This document shows, one piece after another, positions 44,091 to 54,570 of a DNA stretch of 64,000 nucleotides (positions within the stretch are counted from its first letter, which is position 1; each line of letters starts with the position of its first letter). Made by a program: the position numbers and the translations under genes. The DNA lies in NCBI GenBank assembly GCA_038845975.1, contig JAWBQF010000003.1, positions 64,001 through 128,000 on the forward strand, written 5' to 3'. A model generated the notes under the pieces. The model searched no databases. It was not told the origin of the DNA and saw nothing but the letters and a program-made list of their open reading frames with translations. Source of the stretch: Candidatus Methanomethylicia archaeon. GTDB lineage: Archaea > Thermoproteota > Methanomethylicia > CALHIW01.

Positions 44091-44591
44091 ATGAGTTATG
44101 AAGATGTTGTTAAAAAGGTAGGGGATTTAGCTTACTACTACGAGCTTGTATATCATGGATGTTCTCAATGTGTGTTGAAGGCTATACAGGATAGCTTGAA
44201 TGTTGGGGATAACTTAACGTTTAAAGCTGCAACAGCATTTGCTGGCGGAATTGCGAGAGCTGGGGAGGAATGTGGAGCATTAATGGGTGGAATTATGGCT
44301 ATTAGTGTAGTTTATGGGAGGGATAGACTTGAGGAATCTATAGTATCTAGTGGATATCTTAAAGCTATGGAGTTATCAGTAAAGCTATATGAGGAATTTA
44401 AAAAAGAGTTTGGAAGTGTGAAGTGTAGTGATATTCAGAAAAAACTGTTTGGAAGAAGCTTTAATCTTAGAAGTGAGGAGGATAGGAAAAAGTTTGCAGA
44501 GGCAGGAGCATACGGTCCCTCAGGATGTGCTCAAGTAGTAAAGAAGGGAGCAATGCTAGCCGCCAAGATAATTTTAGAAAACCTAAAATAA
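44091..44591 (+). CDS. C_GCAxxG_C_C family redox protein
   Basis: GCSQCV, ECGALMGG, GSVKC and GC. Confidence 0.9.
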   Translation: MSYEDVVKKVGDLAYYYELVYHGCSQCVLKAIQDSLNVGDNLTFKAATAFAGGIARAGEECGALMGGIMAISVVYGRDRLEESIVSSGYLKAMELSVKLYEEFKKEFGSVKCSDIQKKLFGRSFNLRSEEDRKKFAEAGAYGPSGCAQVVKKGAMLAAKIILENLK

Positions 44592-44627
44592 TACCTCAAA
44601 TTTTTATTCATAATATAGTATAGGTAG

Positions 44628-45941
44628 GTGGTGTTGCTGGTTGTTTTAAGGAGGCCACGGGGTACAAGGGATTTTCTTCCATGGGATATGATTAGGAGGA
44701 GATATGTTATTGAAACTATAAAGTCTGTTTTTGAGTCTTACGGCTATGATGAGATTGAAACTCCTGCTTTTGAGTTCCTTGATGTTTTAACCGCTAAGTG
44801 CGGACCTGAAATTAGAAGTCAAATCTATGCTTTCAAAGATAAGGCAGGTAGGAGTTTAGGGCTTAGATATGATTTAACAACTCCTCTAGCTAGAATTGTA
44901 GCTAGCTATCTAGATCTACCTAAACCCTTTAAGAGGTACTGTATATCGAGGGTTTGGAGGTATGAGGAGCCCCAAAGCGGGAGGTATAGAGAATTCTGGC
45001 AGGCTGACGTAGATATTATTGGATGCTCTGAAATGGCTGCTGATGCTGAGGTAATAGCGGTTGCTATATCATGCCTTGAAAAGCTCGGAATGAAAAACTT
45101 TAAAGTTAGACTTAACAATAGGAAAATACTTGAATCAATATCTTCAGCTATAGGTGTAGATAGAGGAAATAGCTTAAATGTTTTCCGAGCAATAGATAAG
45201 CTTGATAAAATAGGTATTGATGGAGTTAAGCTTGAACTGGAGAAAATAGGTTTAAGTAAGGATCAAATATCAGAAATAGCTAACTACATATCAATATCAG
45301 GAAGTATAGATACTATTGAGAGAAGTATAGGGTGTATGCTTGATAATATTGGGAAGCAGGGCTTTAAAGAATTGATTGAGATTGTGGAGGATCTTGAAAA
45401 GTATGGATTCTCAAACTATGTATTGGATTTAAGCTTAGCAAGAGGATTAGACTACTATACAGGCCCAATATTTGAGGTTCATGCTGAAACAACAGTTAAG
45501 ATTGGTAGTGTAGCTGGAGGGGGAAGATATGATAGTCTAGTAGAGCTTTTAGGTGGACCACCTACGCCTGCAACAGGAATATCTTTAGGTATAGATAGGA
45601 TTGTTGAGGTTCTCGGTGAAGCTAAAATGCTTCCAACAAGTAAAACAGTAACTCAGCTATTCATAGCCTACGTTAATCCATCAATTAGAACTGAAGCAAT
45701 AAAGCTAGCTAGTAAATTAAGAAGTGAGGGATTAAGAGTTGAAGTAGATATTATGGGGAGAAAGCTTGAAAGACAGCTTAAATATGCTGATACTAAAGGA
45801 ATACCATATACTCTGATAATTGGACCGAAAGAACTAGAACTTGGAGTCTACAGATTAAGAGATATGATAAACAGAGTGGAGAAAGAAGTTAGACTGGAAG
45901 ACATATCGAAAATATGCCAATCCACTAAGTATATTGTCTAG
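44628..45941 (+). CDS. hisS: Histidine--tRNA ligase
   Basis: PRGTRD, LRYDLT, GRYREFWQAD, RGLDYYTG and GGGRYD. Confidence 0.98.
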   Translation: MVLLVVLRRPRGTRDFLPWDMIRRRYVIETIKSVFESYGYDEIETPAFEFLDVLTAKCGPEIRSQIYAFKDKAGRSLGLRYDLTTPLARIVASYLDLPKPFKRYCISRVWRYEEPQSGRYREFWQADVDIIGCSEMAADAEVIAVAISCLEKLGMKNFKVRLNNRKILESISSAIGVDRGNSLNVFRAIDKLDKIGIDGVKLELEKIGLSKDQISEIANYISISGSIDTIERSIGCMLDNIGKQGFKELIEIVEDLEKYGFSNYVLDLSLARGLDYYTGPIFEVHAETTVKIGSVAGGGRYDSLVELLGGPPTPATGISLGIDRIVEVLGEAKMLPTSKTVTQLFIAYVNPSIRTEAIKLASKLRSEGLRVEVDIMGRKLERQLKYADTKGIPYTLIIGPKELELGVYRLRDMINRVEKEVRLEDISKICQSTKYIV

Positions 45942-46510
45942 AAGCCTAACTTAGCAAATACCTATTCATACTACTTAATACTAATAGTTTCCTATTTCAT
46001 CACAAATATTGAAGGGAGAAATAATAGAGTTAAGTAGAATCTATACAAGTAATCCATGGACATATCGTGTAATCATAATAGAGAATAAACACTCATACTT
46101 AACTATTTCAGTATCTTAGGATTACTAATTCTACAATTACATGAACTTAGCCTAACTCTCTAAAGCTAACAGAATACTTTTCTATGATGTAGCATCTCAT
46201 AGTGGCTATAGATGATATAAGTAGTCTGATGAATATATTCCATTCAATTACCTATTTAGTAGTTTGTTGATTTCGGTTAAGAACATCATTTTCTTAATAT
46301 AATGATAATTATACTCCTACTATACTTCTCCTACTAGGGAGGTAATGTATGGTAATCAAACTATTCGAGAACCTAATGTATTATCAATAAGAATGTTTGC
46401 TTATCATAATAGTTTAACCCGTCAATGAACTGTCTAGATATCATTATGTTTACGGTTCTTGTAGTTATTACCTTAAATATTTTATAGCTTCACAACCAAA
46501 TACTGCTATT

Positions 46511-46633
46511 GGACATGGCAACTTAGAGGTTATATAAGTTCTATTTTATTGTTTTATGTTGGTATTAGGGGTTGATAGTATCTTATCCTATATCCTCTAG
46601 AATCATTTAATGCTATGCTTAAACTATCTCAAT
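46511..46633. mobile_element. Short relic of the GGACATGGCAACTT element family
   Basis: 46507-46573 matches the reverse complement of 24345-24416; AATACTGCTA direct repeats at 46499 and 46631. Confidence 0.55.
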
Positions 46634-46645
46634 ACTGCTAGTGGA

Positions 46646-47413
46646 TTAGTGTTCCATATAGTAATTGCTTAAATACTTTATTTTCGGGAGCTTAAACAAT
46701 TCATTATCTTCAACTACTATTGGAGTAAGCTCCTCAATATCTATGCTCTGTAAAATTGGGGATAAGAACTCCTCTCTTCTAGCTTCATTTACTGAGGTTC
46801 CTGTTGCAAGCGGTGAGAAGGCAGGAATAACTATTAGTTCTCTACCCTTATATGTACCTTTAAGAAAACATTTAAACTTAAATTTAGCTCCTAGCTTATC
46901 TCTTAATGTTACTGCTGGATGTTCATGAGCCATAATTATCATTTCAGTATCCCCTATATCTTGAGGTAATTGTTCATGTCCATGAATAAATATAGTATCC
47001 TCCAGTTTAAAGCATGGATAGTGGAAGTCTATGGAGAATTTACTTAGAATGTTTAATATGTAGTTATCATGATTCCCCCTTACAACATGTATTCTCAACA
47101 TATTCTTTAAGGTATTAAGCAAATCTTTAACTTCAATCCATTCCTGTATTGACGGTCTACCAAACTCTGTTTTAATATCACCCAGTATAATAAGCTCAGC
47201 TATATTTCTCTCATCAATCATATTTAGAAGCTTCCTCTTCATTCTAGGATAGGTACTTAAAGGTAGGAGTACTCCATGCTTTTCCAGAGCTGCCTCATGT
47301 CCAATATGTAGGTCAGCAATAACTAGAATCCCTAAATCACTTATATACAGTCCCAAATCAACTATTTCTATCTTCACTAAAATATTAGGAATCAATAAAT
47401 ATATAAATTTCAC
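46646..47413 (-). CDS. Metallophosphoesterase (calcineurin-like, COG1407-type)
   Basis: ADLHIG, LGD, GNHD, HGH, HEHP and PAFS. Confidence 0.9.
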   Translation of the reverse strand: MKFIYLLIPNILVKIEIVDLGLYISDLGILVIADLHIGHEAALEKHGVLLPLSTYPRMKRKLLNMIDERNIAELIILGDIKTEFGRPSIQEWIEVKDLLNTLKNMLRIHVVRGNHDNYILNILSKFSIDFHYPCFKLEDTIFIHGHEQLPQDIGDTEMIIMAHEHPAVTLRDKLGAKFKFKCFLKGTYKGRELIVIPAFSPLATGTSVNEARREEFLSPILQSIDIEELTPIVVEDNELFKLPKIKYLSNYYMEH

Positions 47414-47665
47414 TATTACCTTAAATATTGGTTTGTGCTGTTATGAATTATTATTGGTTATTGAAGCCTCCAATATGCTACTTGTTAGACTGGTAATACT
47501 CTAAAAGATCTTCCATATTGCTGTATATTTAGCTATAGTGAGATGAAGATTTCCGTTATCTCTGAATAATAATAAACTCTTACTTCTCTCTGGAAGGGTA
47601 TAAATATAGCTATTAATTCTAGATAATTTTGAAGCTGATATAGCTTACTGTTATGTAGGTGTAGA

Positions 47666-48583
47666 ATGTTGACAGGTGAGATTATTATTAAAGCAGTGAA
47701 TCTTACGAAGAGATTTGGGGAGTTAGTAGCTGTAGATAATGTAAGCTTCCATATTTTTAAAGGGGAATGTTTCGGCTTTCTAGGTCCTAATGGCGCGGGG
47801 AAAACAACAACTATGAAAATGATTTACTGTGTACTACCTTTAACCTCTGGTACATTAACAGTAGCAGGTATGAATGTAAACGATAATGCAAGAGAGATAA
47901 AGAGAATAGTAGGAGTAGCTCCACAGGAAAATAATCTTGACTCAGATCTTACTGTTTTTCAAAATCTTATAGTTTATGCTCGTTACTTCGATATACCTAA
48001 GATGGAAGCCTATAAGAGAGCTAAAGAACTCTTAAAGTTTATGCAGTTAGATGGAAGAATGAATGCTAAAATTGATCAGTTATCAGCCGGTATGAAGCGG
48101 AGACTTATTCTTGCAAGAGCTTTAATAAATAAGCCGCAAATACTAGTACTTGATGAGCCGACGATAGGTCTTGATCCTCAAGCACGTCATTTAATATGGG
48201 ATAAAATAAGAAGTCTAAGAAGACAGGGTGTAACTATAATTTTAACTACTCACTACATGGAGGAAGCAGCACAGCTTTGTGATAGGATAGCTATTATGGA
48301 TCATGGAAGAATTATTGAGGAGGGTAATCCAGTAGAGCTTATTGAGGAGCATGTTGGTAAGTGGGTTTTAGAAGCAGCTTATGATGAGGAGGCTTTTAAA
48401 TCTCTTGTAAACATCTTTCCAAACGTCCAGATAGTAGGTAGTAGAATACATGTTTCCATCAATAAATCGAGAAGTGTTTTTAGAGATGTTTTAAGTAGGT
48501 TAAGCTTTAAGGAGGTTGTAGTAAGGGATGCAAATCTTGAGGATGTATTTCTAAAATTAACAGGGAGGAGGCTGCAGGAATGA
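47666..48583 (+). CDS. ABC-2 exporter ATP-binding protein (NodI/DrrA-like)
   Basis: GPNGAGKTT, LSAGMKRR, LDEPT and THYMEEA. Confidence 0.93.
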   Translation: MLTGEIIIKAVNLTKRFGELVAVDNVSFHIFKGECFGFLGPNGAGKTTTMKMIYCVLPLTSGTLTVAGMNVNDNAREIKRIVGVAPQENNLDSDLTVFQNLIVYARYFDIPKMEAYKRAKELLKFMQLDGRMNAKIDQLSAGMKRRLILARALINKPQILVLDEPTIGLDPQARHLIWDKIRSLRRQGVTIILTTHYMEEAAQLCDRIAIMDHGRIIEEGNPVELIEEHVGKWVLEAAYDEEAFKSLVNIFPNVQIVGSRIHVSINKSRSVFRDVLSRLSFKEVVVRDANLEDVFLKLTGRRLQE

Positions 48584-49380
48584 GTATTACTACTTCAATT
48601 TCTCTTCTCAAGTTACCTAGGCTTTCATACCGTGTATGGAAGGTATGGAGGAGGAATTTAGATGTATTTATGAAGACATATAGAGTAAACTTTATTCCCC
48701 CATTACTAGAACCTATACTTTACCTGGTGGGTTTAGGATTTGGTCTTGGAGGCTATGTTCAACCTCAAGATGGTTTACCCTACATAAACTTTATTGCTCC
48801 AGCTCTAGTAGCTATATCAATGATGTTTTCATCTTTCTATGAATGTACCTATGCTTCATTTGTTAGAATGTATTATGAGAAGGTTTTTGATGCAATAATC
48901 GCTACACCTGTAAGTCTTGAGGAGGTTATAGCCGGTGAACTACTATGGGGAGCTACGAAAAGCCTCATAAACTCCTCTATAGTTTTAGTTGTTACTATTG
49001 TTTTCGGCTTGGTTTCCAGTCCGTTTTCTCTATTAATTATACCTCTCTCCATTCTTGTAGGGTTGCTGTTTTCATCAATAGCTATGTGTTTTACAGCTAT
49101 AGTACCTAATATAGATTCGTTTAACTATCCATCCTTCCTCTTCATAACTCCAATGCTTATTCTAAGCGGTACATTCTTCTCCATAGTAAGCCTTCCACTT
49201 GGGATACAGATATTCATTAATATTTTCTTCCCCTTAACTCATGTAGTAGCTCTTACAAGAGCATTAGCAATAGGTAAGCTTACCGTAGACCTTATACTTC
49301 ACTTCTTCTGGCTTCTAATAGTTACTTCTATCCTATTTATTCTATCCATAGGTTTGATGAGGAGGAGGTTAATTAAGTAA
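48580..49380 (+). CDS. ABC-2 exporter permease (NodJ-like)
   Basis: EPILYL.GLG.GLG, SGTFF and PLTH; overlaps the ATPase stop. Confidence 0.9.
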   Translation: MSITTSISLLKLPRLSYRVWKVWRRNLDVFMKTYRVNFIPPLLEPILYLVGLGFGLGGYVQPQDGLPYINFIAPALVAISMMFSSFYECTYASFVRMYYEKVFDAIIATPVSLEEVIAGELLWGATKSLINSSIVLVVTIVFGLVSSPFSLLIIPLSILVGLLFSSIAMCFTAIVPNIDSFNYPSFLFITPMLILSGTFFSIVSLPLGIQIFINIFFPLTHVVALTRALAIGKLTVDLILHFFWLLIVTSILFILSIGLMRRRLIK

Positions 49381-49679
49381 GCTTAATAACTCTAAAAGCT
49401 TAATATGAAGCTCATTGATGAGCCTATACTGTCTAACATAGTAAGATGAAGTTAAAGCTTAGCTATAATCTTACTTTTAATAAACTGTATATAGCTTTCC
49501 GAAATGTATTTATAAGGTATTTTATAGTAGGTTGCATATTGTTGAGATTGGTATTACATGGATTTAAGTAGTGTTTAAAATTAGTAAAATAGTTAAAGTC
49601 TTAAATCTATGTTAGCTATATAGCTTTAGTATCTTAGTAGCTTATCATGTATATTCCGTGAAGTATATATGTTTGTTCT

Positions 49680-51152
49680 ATGGATTTGTATGGTGGCTGT
49701 ATGGGGTTATTAAGGTTTAGGAGGAGAGTTAAGCTTAATGTTGTTGATAGGGGTTCTCTTGAGAAAATTCATTTAGCTTCTCTTCAGATACTTGAAGAAG
49801 TAGGGGTTTATGTTTATAGTTTAAGAGCTTTAAAGATATTGGAGGATCATGGATGTAAGGTTGATAAGAGGAGGATGAAGGCTAAAATAAATTCAGATAT
49901 TGTTGAGGAAGCATTAAGGAAATGTCCTAGGGAATTTACATTGCATGGAAGGAATCCTAACTATAATCTTCATCTAGATGGTTCTCAAACATATCTATTT
50001 ACTAATGGAACCTGTACTCTAATTATGGATTTAAATACTGGGGAGAGGAGGAAAGCAATCTATAATGATATTGTTGAAACAGCTATTCTAGCTGATGCCT
50101 TAGAGGGGATTCATGGATACTATCCTACAGTTATTCCCTCGGACTGCCCTGAGTATCTACATGGACTCTACGAGTTGGAAGCATCATTAAACAATACTGA
50201 GAAGCATATTATGCTTGGCTCAACATCAACGTTTAGAGAGGCGGAGCTACAGGTAAAGATGGCTGAAGCTGTTATTGGTGAGTTACGTAGGAAGCCAATA
50301 ATTTCTAGTGTATTCTGTACTTCATCACCTTTAAGACTTGATGGAGAGGCTATAAATGCAGTATTAGAATTTGCTAGGGTAGGTGTTCCTATTAGAGTGA
50401 TGAGTATGCCTATACAGGCTGTAAGCTCACCAGTAACTATTGCTGGATCTATAAGTATAGCTAATGCTGAGATTCTAAGTGTAGTATCAATAGTTCAGCT
50501 AGCATATCCTGGAGTACCCTTAATATATGCTTTAGACCCTATAGGTATAGAGCCGAGAATGGGGAGGTTTACAGCATGTACACCAAGTACATTACTAATT
50601 AATTGTACAGCTGTTCAGCTTGCAAGAGAATATTATGGTATACCCTGCGGTAATGGCTTTACATCAGCATCTAAAATACCTGATTCCCAAGCAGCTTATG
50701 AAGTAACTTTAACAGCACTATCAATGATGGCTTCAGGCGCTGATATTGTATCCGGACCTGGTGGATTAGAGAATTATAATGTATTCTCATATGAGCAATT
50801 CTTAATAGATTATGAGGTATGTATGTTGATCTTCAATATGTTGAAGGGGTTTGATATAGATGAGGATAGTTTAGCTCTAGATACTATATCTAGGAAAGTA
50901 GATAGTGGAATATTTCTAGGTGATAAGCATACTCTTAAACATATACGTAGCCTATGGACACCATTAATCTCAGATTTAAATCCCTATGAAACATGGATAA
51001 GAAGAAATATTGGAAACATTACTCAGAGAGCAGGAAGTAAAGCTAGAGAAATTCTTAAAGTACATAAGCCAACACCATTAGATCCAGATATACAGGAAAA
51101 ACTGAGAAGTATAGTTAAAGAGGGATGGGTCTTAATGAAGCCTAGCCCCTAA
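49680..51152 (+). CDS. MttB-superfamily corrinoid methyltransferase, non-pyrrolysine
   Basis: SSPLRLD, PVTIAG...NAEIL, SKIPDSQAAYE and SYEQFLID; no in-frame TAG. Confidence 0.9.
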   Translation: MDLYGGCMGLLRFRRRVKLNVVDRGSLEKIHLASLQILEEVGVYVYSLRALKILEDHGCKVDKRRMKAKINSDIVEEALRKCPREFTLHGRNPNYNLHLDGSQTYLFTNGTCTLIMDLNTGERRKAIYNDIVETAILADALEGIHGYYPTVIPSDCPEYLHGLYELEASLNNTEKHIMLGSTSTFREAELQVKMAEAVIGELRRKPIISSVFCTSSPLRLDGEAINAVLEFARVGVPIRVMSMPIQAVSSPVTIAGSISIANAEILSVVSIVQLAYPGVPLIYALDPIGIEPRMGRFTACTPSTLLINCTAVQLAREYYGIPCGNGFTSASKIPDSQAAYEVTLTALSMMASGADIVSGPGGLENYNVFSYEQFLIDYEVCMLIFNMLKGFDIDEDSLALDTISRKVDSGIFLGDKHTLKHIRSLWTPLISDLNPYETWIRRNIGNITQRAGSKAREILKVHKPTPLDPDIQEKLRSIVKEGWVLMKPSP

Positions 51153-51211
51153 ACATTTATTCAATCAATAACCAATTTATTAGTTGTAGTAAGTGAATAA
51201 ACTATTATGGT

Positions 51212-52246
51212 TTAAGTTAATTGTTGTCCACAGTTTGGACAGAATTTTGCTCCGGGAGTTATCTGTACACCGCATTTAGGGCATTTCCCGGATTGTAGCG
51301 GTATACCACAGCCTGCACAGAATCTTGCATTTAGTGGATTTATGAAGTTGCATTTAGGGCACTGTAATCCTCCAGCTACTATTTGGGAGCCACAGTTCAT
51401 ACAGAACTTTGCACCTGAAGGATTCATGAAGCCGCATTTAGGGCATGGTTGCTGTGTTAATGGTTGCTGTGTGGATGGCTGCATCATCATTGGAAGTATC
51501 ATTCCAACCCCTATCCCCGCTCCTGCACCTGCCCCTGGTGCTTGCGAGACTGCCTTAGCGCTTTCCTTAACAGTCTCCATTCTAAGCATGTCAGCTGCAC
51601 TTACTCCTGTTCTTAGGTAGAATATTCTATCTCTCCATTCAGGCTCAGTATCTATGCCTTCAAACTTAACATCAATAAGTTCAAGTCCAATTCTTCTGAA
51701 ATCCTCTTGGAGAGTGTTTTTTGCTAGAAAGCTTGTTTCATCAAGCTTTCCATATACTTGTGCTAGGTTATACTGGCTTAAGGCATCAATAATTTTCTCA
51801 TTAAAGTATCCTCTTAGAAATTCCTGAAGCTGAGATGTTGTATAGATGTTTTGCCCTCCAACAACTTCTTGAACAAATAGATTTGGCTCCTCAACTCTAA
51901 ACCAGAAGGAGCCGAAGAACTTTATCGGTGCAAGCTCTATTGTCTGTCCTTTCGCTCCGAATTTTCCTTGAAGCTGTTTAAGTGAGATAAATATTACTGA
52001 TGCTTTAAATGGAATCTTATCGAAGCCGGAAATCCTTGAAAGTATGCCTGTTATTAATGGTAGGTTTGCTGTTGTTAATACATGTCTACCAGCTCTGAAA
52101 ACATCATATACTTTCCCATCCCTAAAAAATACTGCTGCTTGATGCTCCTCAACTATTAATACATCACCCCAAGATATTTCATCGCTTGGATACCTCCATA
52201 CAACATCATCTCCTCTATATCCTATCCACTGTATGACTTTAGGCAT
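51212..52246 (-). CDS. SPFH (band 7, YdjI-like) protein with three C-terminal Zn ribbons
   Basis: LIVEEHQAAVFFRDG, GRHVLTTANLP, GAGAGAGIGVGM and repeated CPKCG...KFCxxCG. Confidence 0.9.
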   Translation of the reverse strand: MPKVIQWIGYRGDDVVWRYPSDEISWGDVLIVEEHQAAVFFRDGKVYDVFRAGRHVLTTANLPLITGILSRISGFDKIPFKASVIFISLKQLQGKFGAKGQTIELAPIKFFGSFWFRVEEPNLFVQEVVGGQNIYTTSQLQEFLRGYFNEKIIDALSQYNLAQVYGKLDETSFLAKNTLQEDFRRIGLELIDVKFEGIDTEPEWRDRIFYLRTGVSAADMLRMETVKESAKAVSQAPGAGAGAGIGVGMILPMMMQPSTQQPLTQQPCPKCGFMNPSGAKFCMNCGSQIVAGGLQCPKCNFINPLNARFCAGCGIPLQSGKCPKCGVQITPGAKFCPNCGQQLT

Positions 52247-52248
52247 TT

Positions 52249-52770
52249 CTACACCTCTATAGATTTCAATATTTCAACTCTACAATCTATAAGTTGATCA
52301 ATTTCCTCGGTAAGCTCTGTAAGCTCTGTTAAACATTTTCTCCAATCTTCAGATCCAGGAGTTTTACTGCTAGCATCCCTAACCTTTCTTAGAATTTCCT
52401 CTGTTTTCTCTATTAGACTTAGATCATGCTCAATAACTTTATCAAGCCTCCACTCATCAACCTTTACAATATCGAAAAATCCAGAGTAGCCTGCAATAGC
52501 TTTATCAATTCTCTGGGTAATTCTATCCATTCTGTTTAGAAGCTGATCGAAAACCCATTTATCTTCATCGTTAAGCTTAGATATAACTATAGGGTTTGAA
52601 AGCTGTATTCTCAATTCTTTTTTAGCTCTTCTCAGCTTACTCGTAGCCTCCATTCTTACAAGTCTATCAGTTTCTCTTCTAACCTCCTTCTCTTTATATC
52701 CTCTATATCCTGGAATATAGCTTAAAATCTTTTCTAAAATTCTTAACTGGGGCTTAACCTTACCACTCAT
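52249..52770 (-). CDS. Conserved helical protein in the SPFH operon
   Basis: IPGYRGYKEKEVRRETDRLVR; 2 nt from the SPFH gene. Confidence 0.7.
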   Translation of the reverse strand: MSGKVKPQLRILEKILSYIPGYRGYKEKEVRRETDRLVRMEATSKLRRAKKELRIQLSNPIVISKLNDEDKWVFDQLLNRMDRITQRIDKAIAGYSGFFDIVKVDEWRLDKVIEHDLSLIEKTEEILRKVRDASSKTPGSEDWRKCLTELTELTEEIDQLIDCRVEILKSIEV

Positions 52771-52774
52771 ATTC

Positions 52775-53083
52775 TCACCTTCTACTAGGAACTAGTATTA
52801 GTAGCGCAAGGATAGTTATAAGTATTCCTATCCAGAAAATAGGGTTAATGAACTCTATGGAAATAGTTGCTAAGCCAGTAATGGTAAGTATAAAACACCA
52901 TGCAAGATAAAACCTAATATCTCTTGTAAAGAAGCAGTAACCGCCAATACCAAGCCCAACTATAATTAGTATACATCCAATAGCGAAGTTAAGAATCCAA
53001 GGAATAATACCAATAGATAATGCAACTATAAAGATACCAATTACAATAAGTAGAGAAGCTAAGTAAACATCATTAATCCTCAT
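52775..53083 (-). CDS. Small four-TM membrane protein
   Basis: Hydrophobic 102-aa ORF; TATA upstream; stop overlaps the AGGTGA RBS of the next gene. Confidence 0.7.
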   Translation of the reverse strand: MRINDVYLASLLIVIGIFIVALSIGIIPWILNFAIGCILIIVGLGIGGYCFFTRDIRFYLAWCFILTITGLATISIEFINPIFWIGILITILALLILVPSRR

Positions 53084-53171
53084 ATTGAAAATTAAACATA
53101 GATAAATATAAATCTTTCAGTTTTATGATAACTATTTAAACTATATGTGTATTCCTAAACTCTTTATAAAG

Positions 53172-53768
53172 TTATTTTCTAGGTGCACCGCAATGTGGAC
53201 ATGTTGTTGCTGTTTGGGGTATTAGTGTCCCACAGTATTGGCATTGTATCATTACAACCTCACGGATAACAACCTCTTTCTCCTTAACAATAGGTGCTAC
53301 GCTTGGCTGAACTACATCAACTTCAATAGTTTCACTTACCCTATCAAGTCTCCCCTTAACAGCAATAACACCCTTAATTGTCCATTTAACCCTTCTATCT
53401 ATGCTTTTATAGCTTGGTCTTCCAGTAGCTGGAATACCTATACTGAATGGGAAAGATTTATTGAAGCCTACATTTATATGTATCGGACCGCTAAGTATAG
53501 GATTTGCGGAGTATAGCGTCGCAGACTCCCATACCTCCCTTTCAACTTCATGTTTAAGCCTCTCATCATAAATCCTCCTTAAAACCTTCCTCTCTTCAAC
53601 ACATCGAACTTCACATCTAATTTGCTCAGCATCGAAATCCTCACTTGAAGATACCGTTAAATCCCCATCAATACTCTCACCTAAAGCAAAACTATTCCTA
53701 CTAACTCTTAATGAAAGGGTAGCTTTTGGTGGAGTAAGCTTCTTCATAAATTTGTCAAGAAGAGGCAT
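53172..53768 (-). CDS. Arrestin-N/SpoOM-like beta-sandwich protein with C-terminal Zn ribbon
   Basis: FALGESIDGDL, FPFSIGIP...PSY...VKWTIKG; CQYCG..CPHCGA. Confidence 0.65.
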   Translation of the reverse strand: MPLLDKFMKKLTPPKATLSLRVSRNSFALGESIDGDLTVSSSEDFDAEQIRCEVRCVEERKVLRRIYDERLKHEVEREVWESATLYSANPILSGPIHINVGFNKSFPFSIGIPATGRPSYKSIDRRVKWTIKGVIAVKGRLDRVSETIEVDVVQPSVAPIVKEKEVVIREVVMIQCQYCGTLIPQTATTCPHCGAPRK

Positions 53769-53858
53769 TTACTCACCCAAATTTAACATAAAGCATTCAC
53801 CAAATCCAGTATAACCTATCTCCTCTAAGCTGTATTTAAACTTTTACTAGATCTATTA

Positions 53859-54570
53859 GGCTTTGTTAACTTTAGATTTATTTGGGAGTTCCCTCCCCTA
53901 TTTATGGTGTGTTTATGGTTAAAGTTGTTAGGTTTTAGGGAGAGAACTCCATTTACTCTAGTTGTTTATGGTGCTTACATATATTTTCGTTCTTCTAGAA
54001 TGGCTTCGGATATTTTAAGCTTCATTATTGTTAGGAGTTATGTATCTATATTATCGTGGTTTATCTTAATCTTCTATTGATGGGAGGGATGTTAGATTTT
54101 ATGGTTGATGATACTATTATTAGTGTAGGTTCTAAGAGTAAGGTTGTTTATGTTGCATTTGAGCCATTATTAAGAAGGATTCTATATGTATGGTTTGTGA
54201 TGCTGCAAACATACTTACATCTCTAGCATTCCTTAGAAAATTAGAGCTATTTACGGTTCTAATATAGTTTATTAAGTGATGGAGCTCAATACTATAAGCA
54301 TCATGTAGAATATTAAAATTAAAACATGAATTGTATAGTTTAGAGGTTAGAATAATGGAGGGAATAATACAATATATTAAGGATAGAACTAGATTATTCG
54401 ATAACTACATACCATGCATGAAGGATAAATGCGATAATGAGCATTAATGCTTATGAAGTCAATAGCATACATACTAAACAAACATGGATAAGGAAAATAA
54501 AAGCTAAGAATTCATAGAAAACATAATACCAAAAATAGAGGTGATAAAACATGCTTAAGTTAACAAAGCC
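53859..54570 (+). mobile_element. IS6-family element, copy D (frameshifted)
   Basis: Perfect TIRs; perfect 8-bp target duplication ATCTATTA. Confidence 0.9.

Noticed and set aside
49680-51152. Pyrrolysine recoding in MttB
   Set aside because: The ORF is uninterrupted, with no TAG at the Pyl position.
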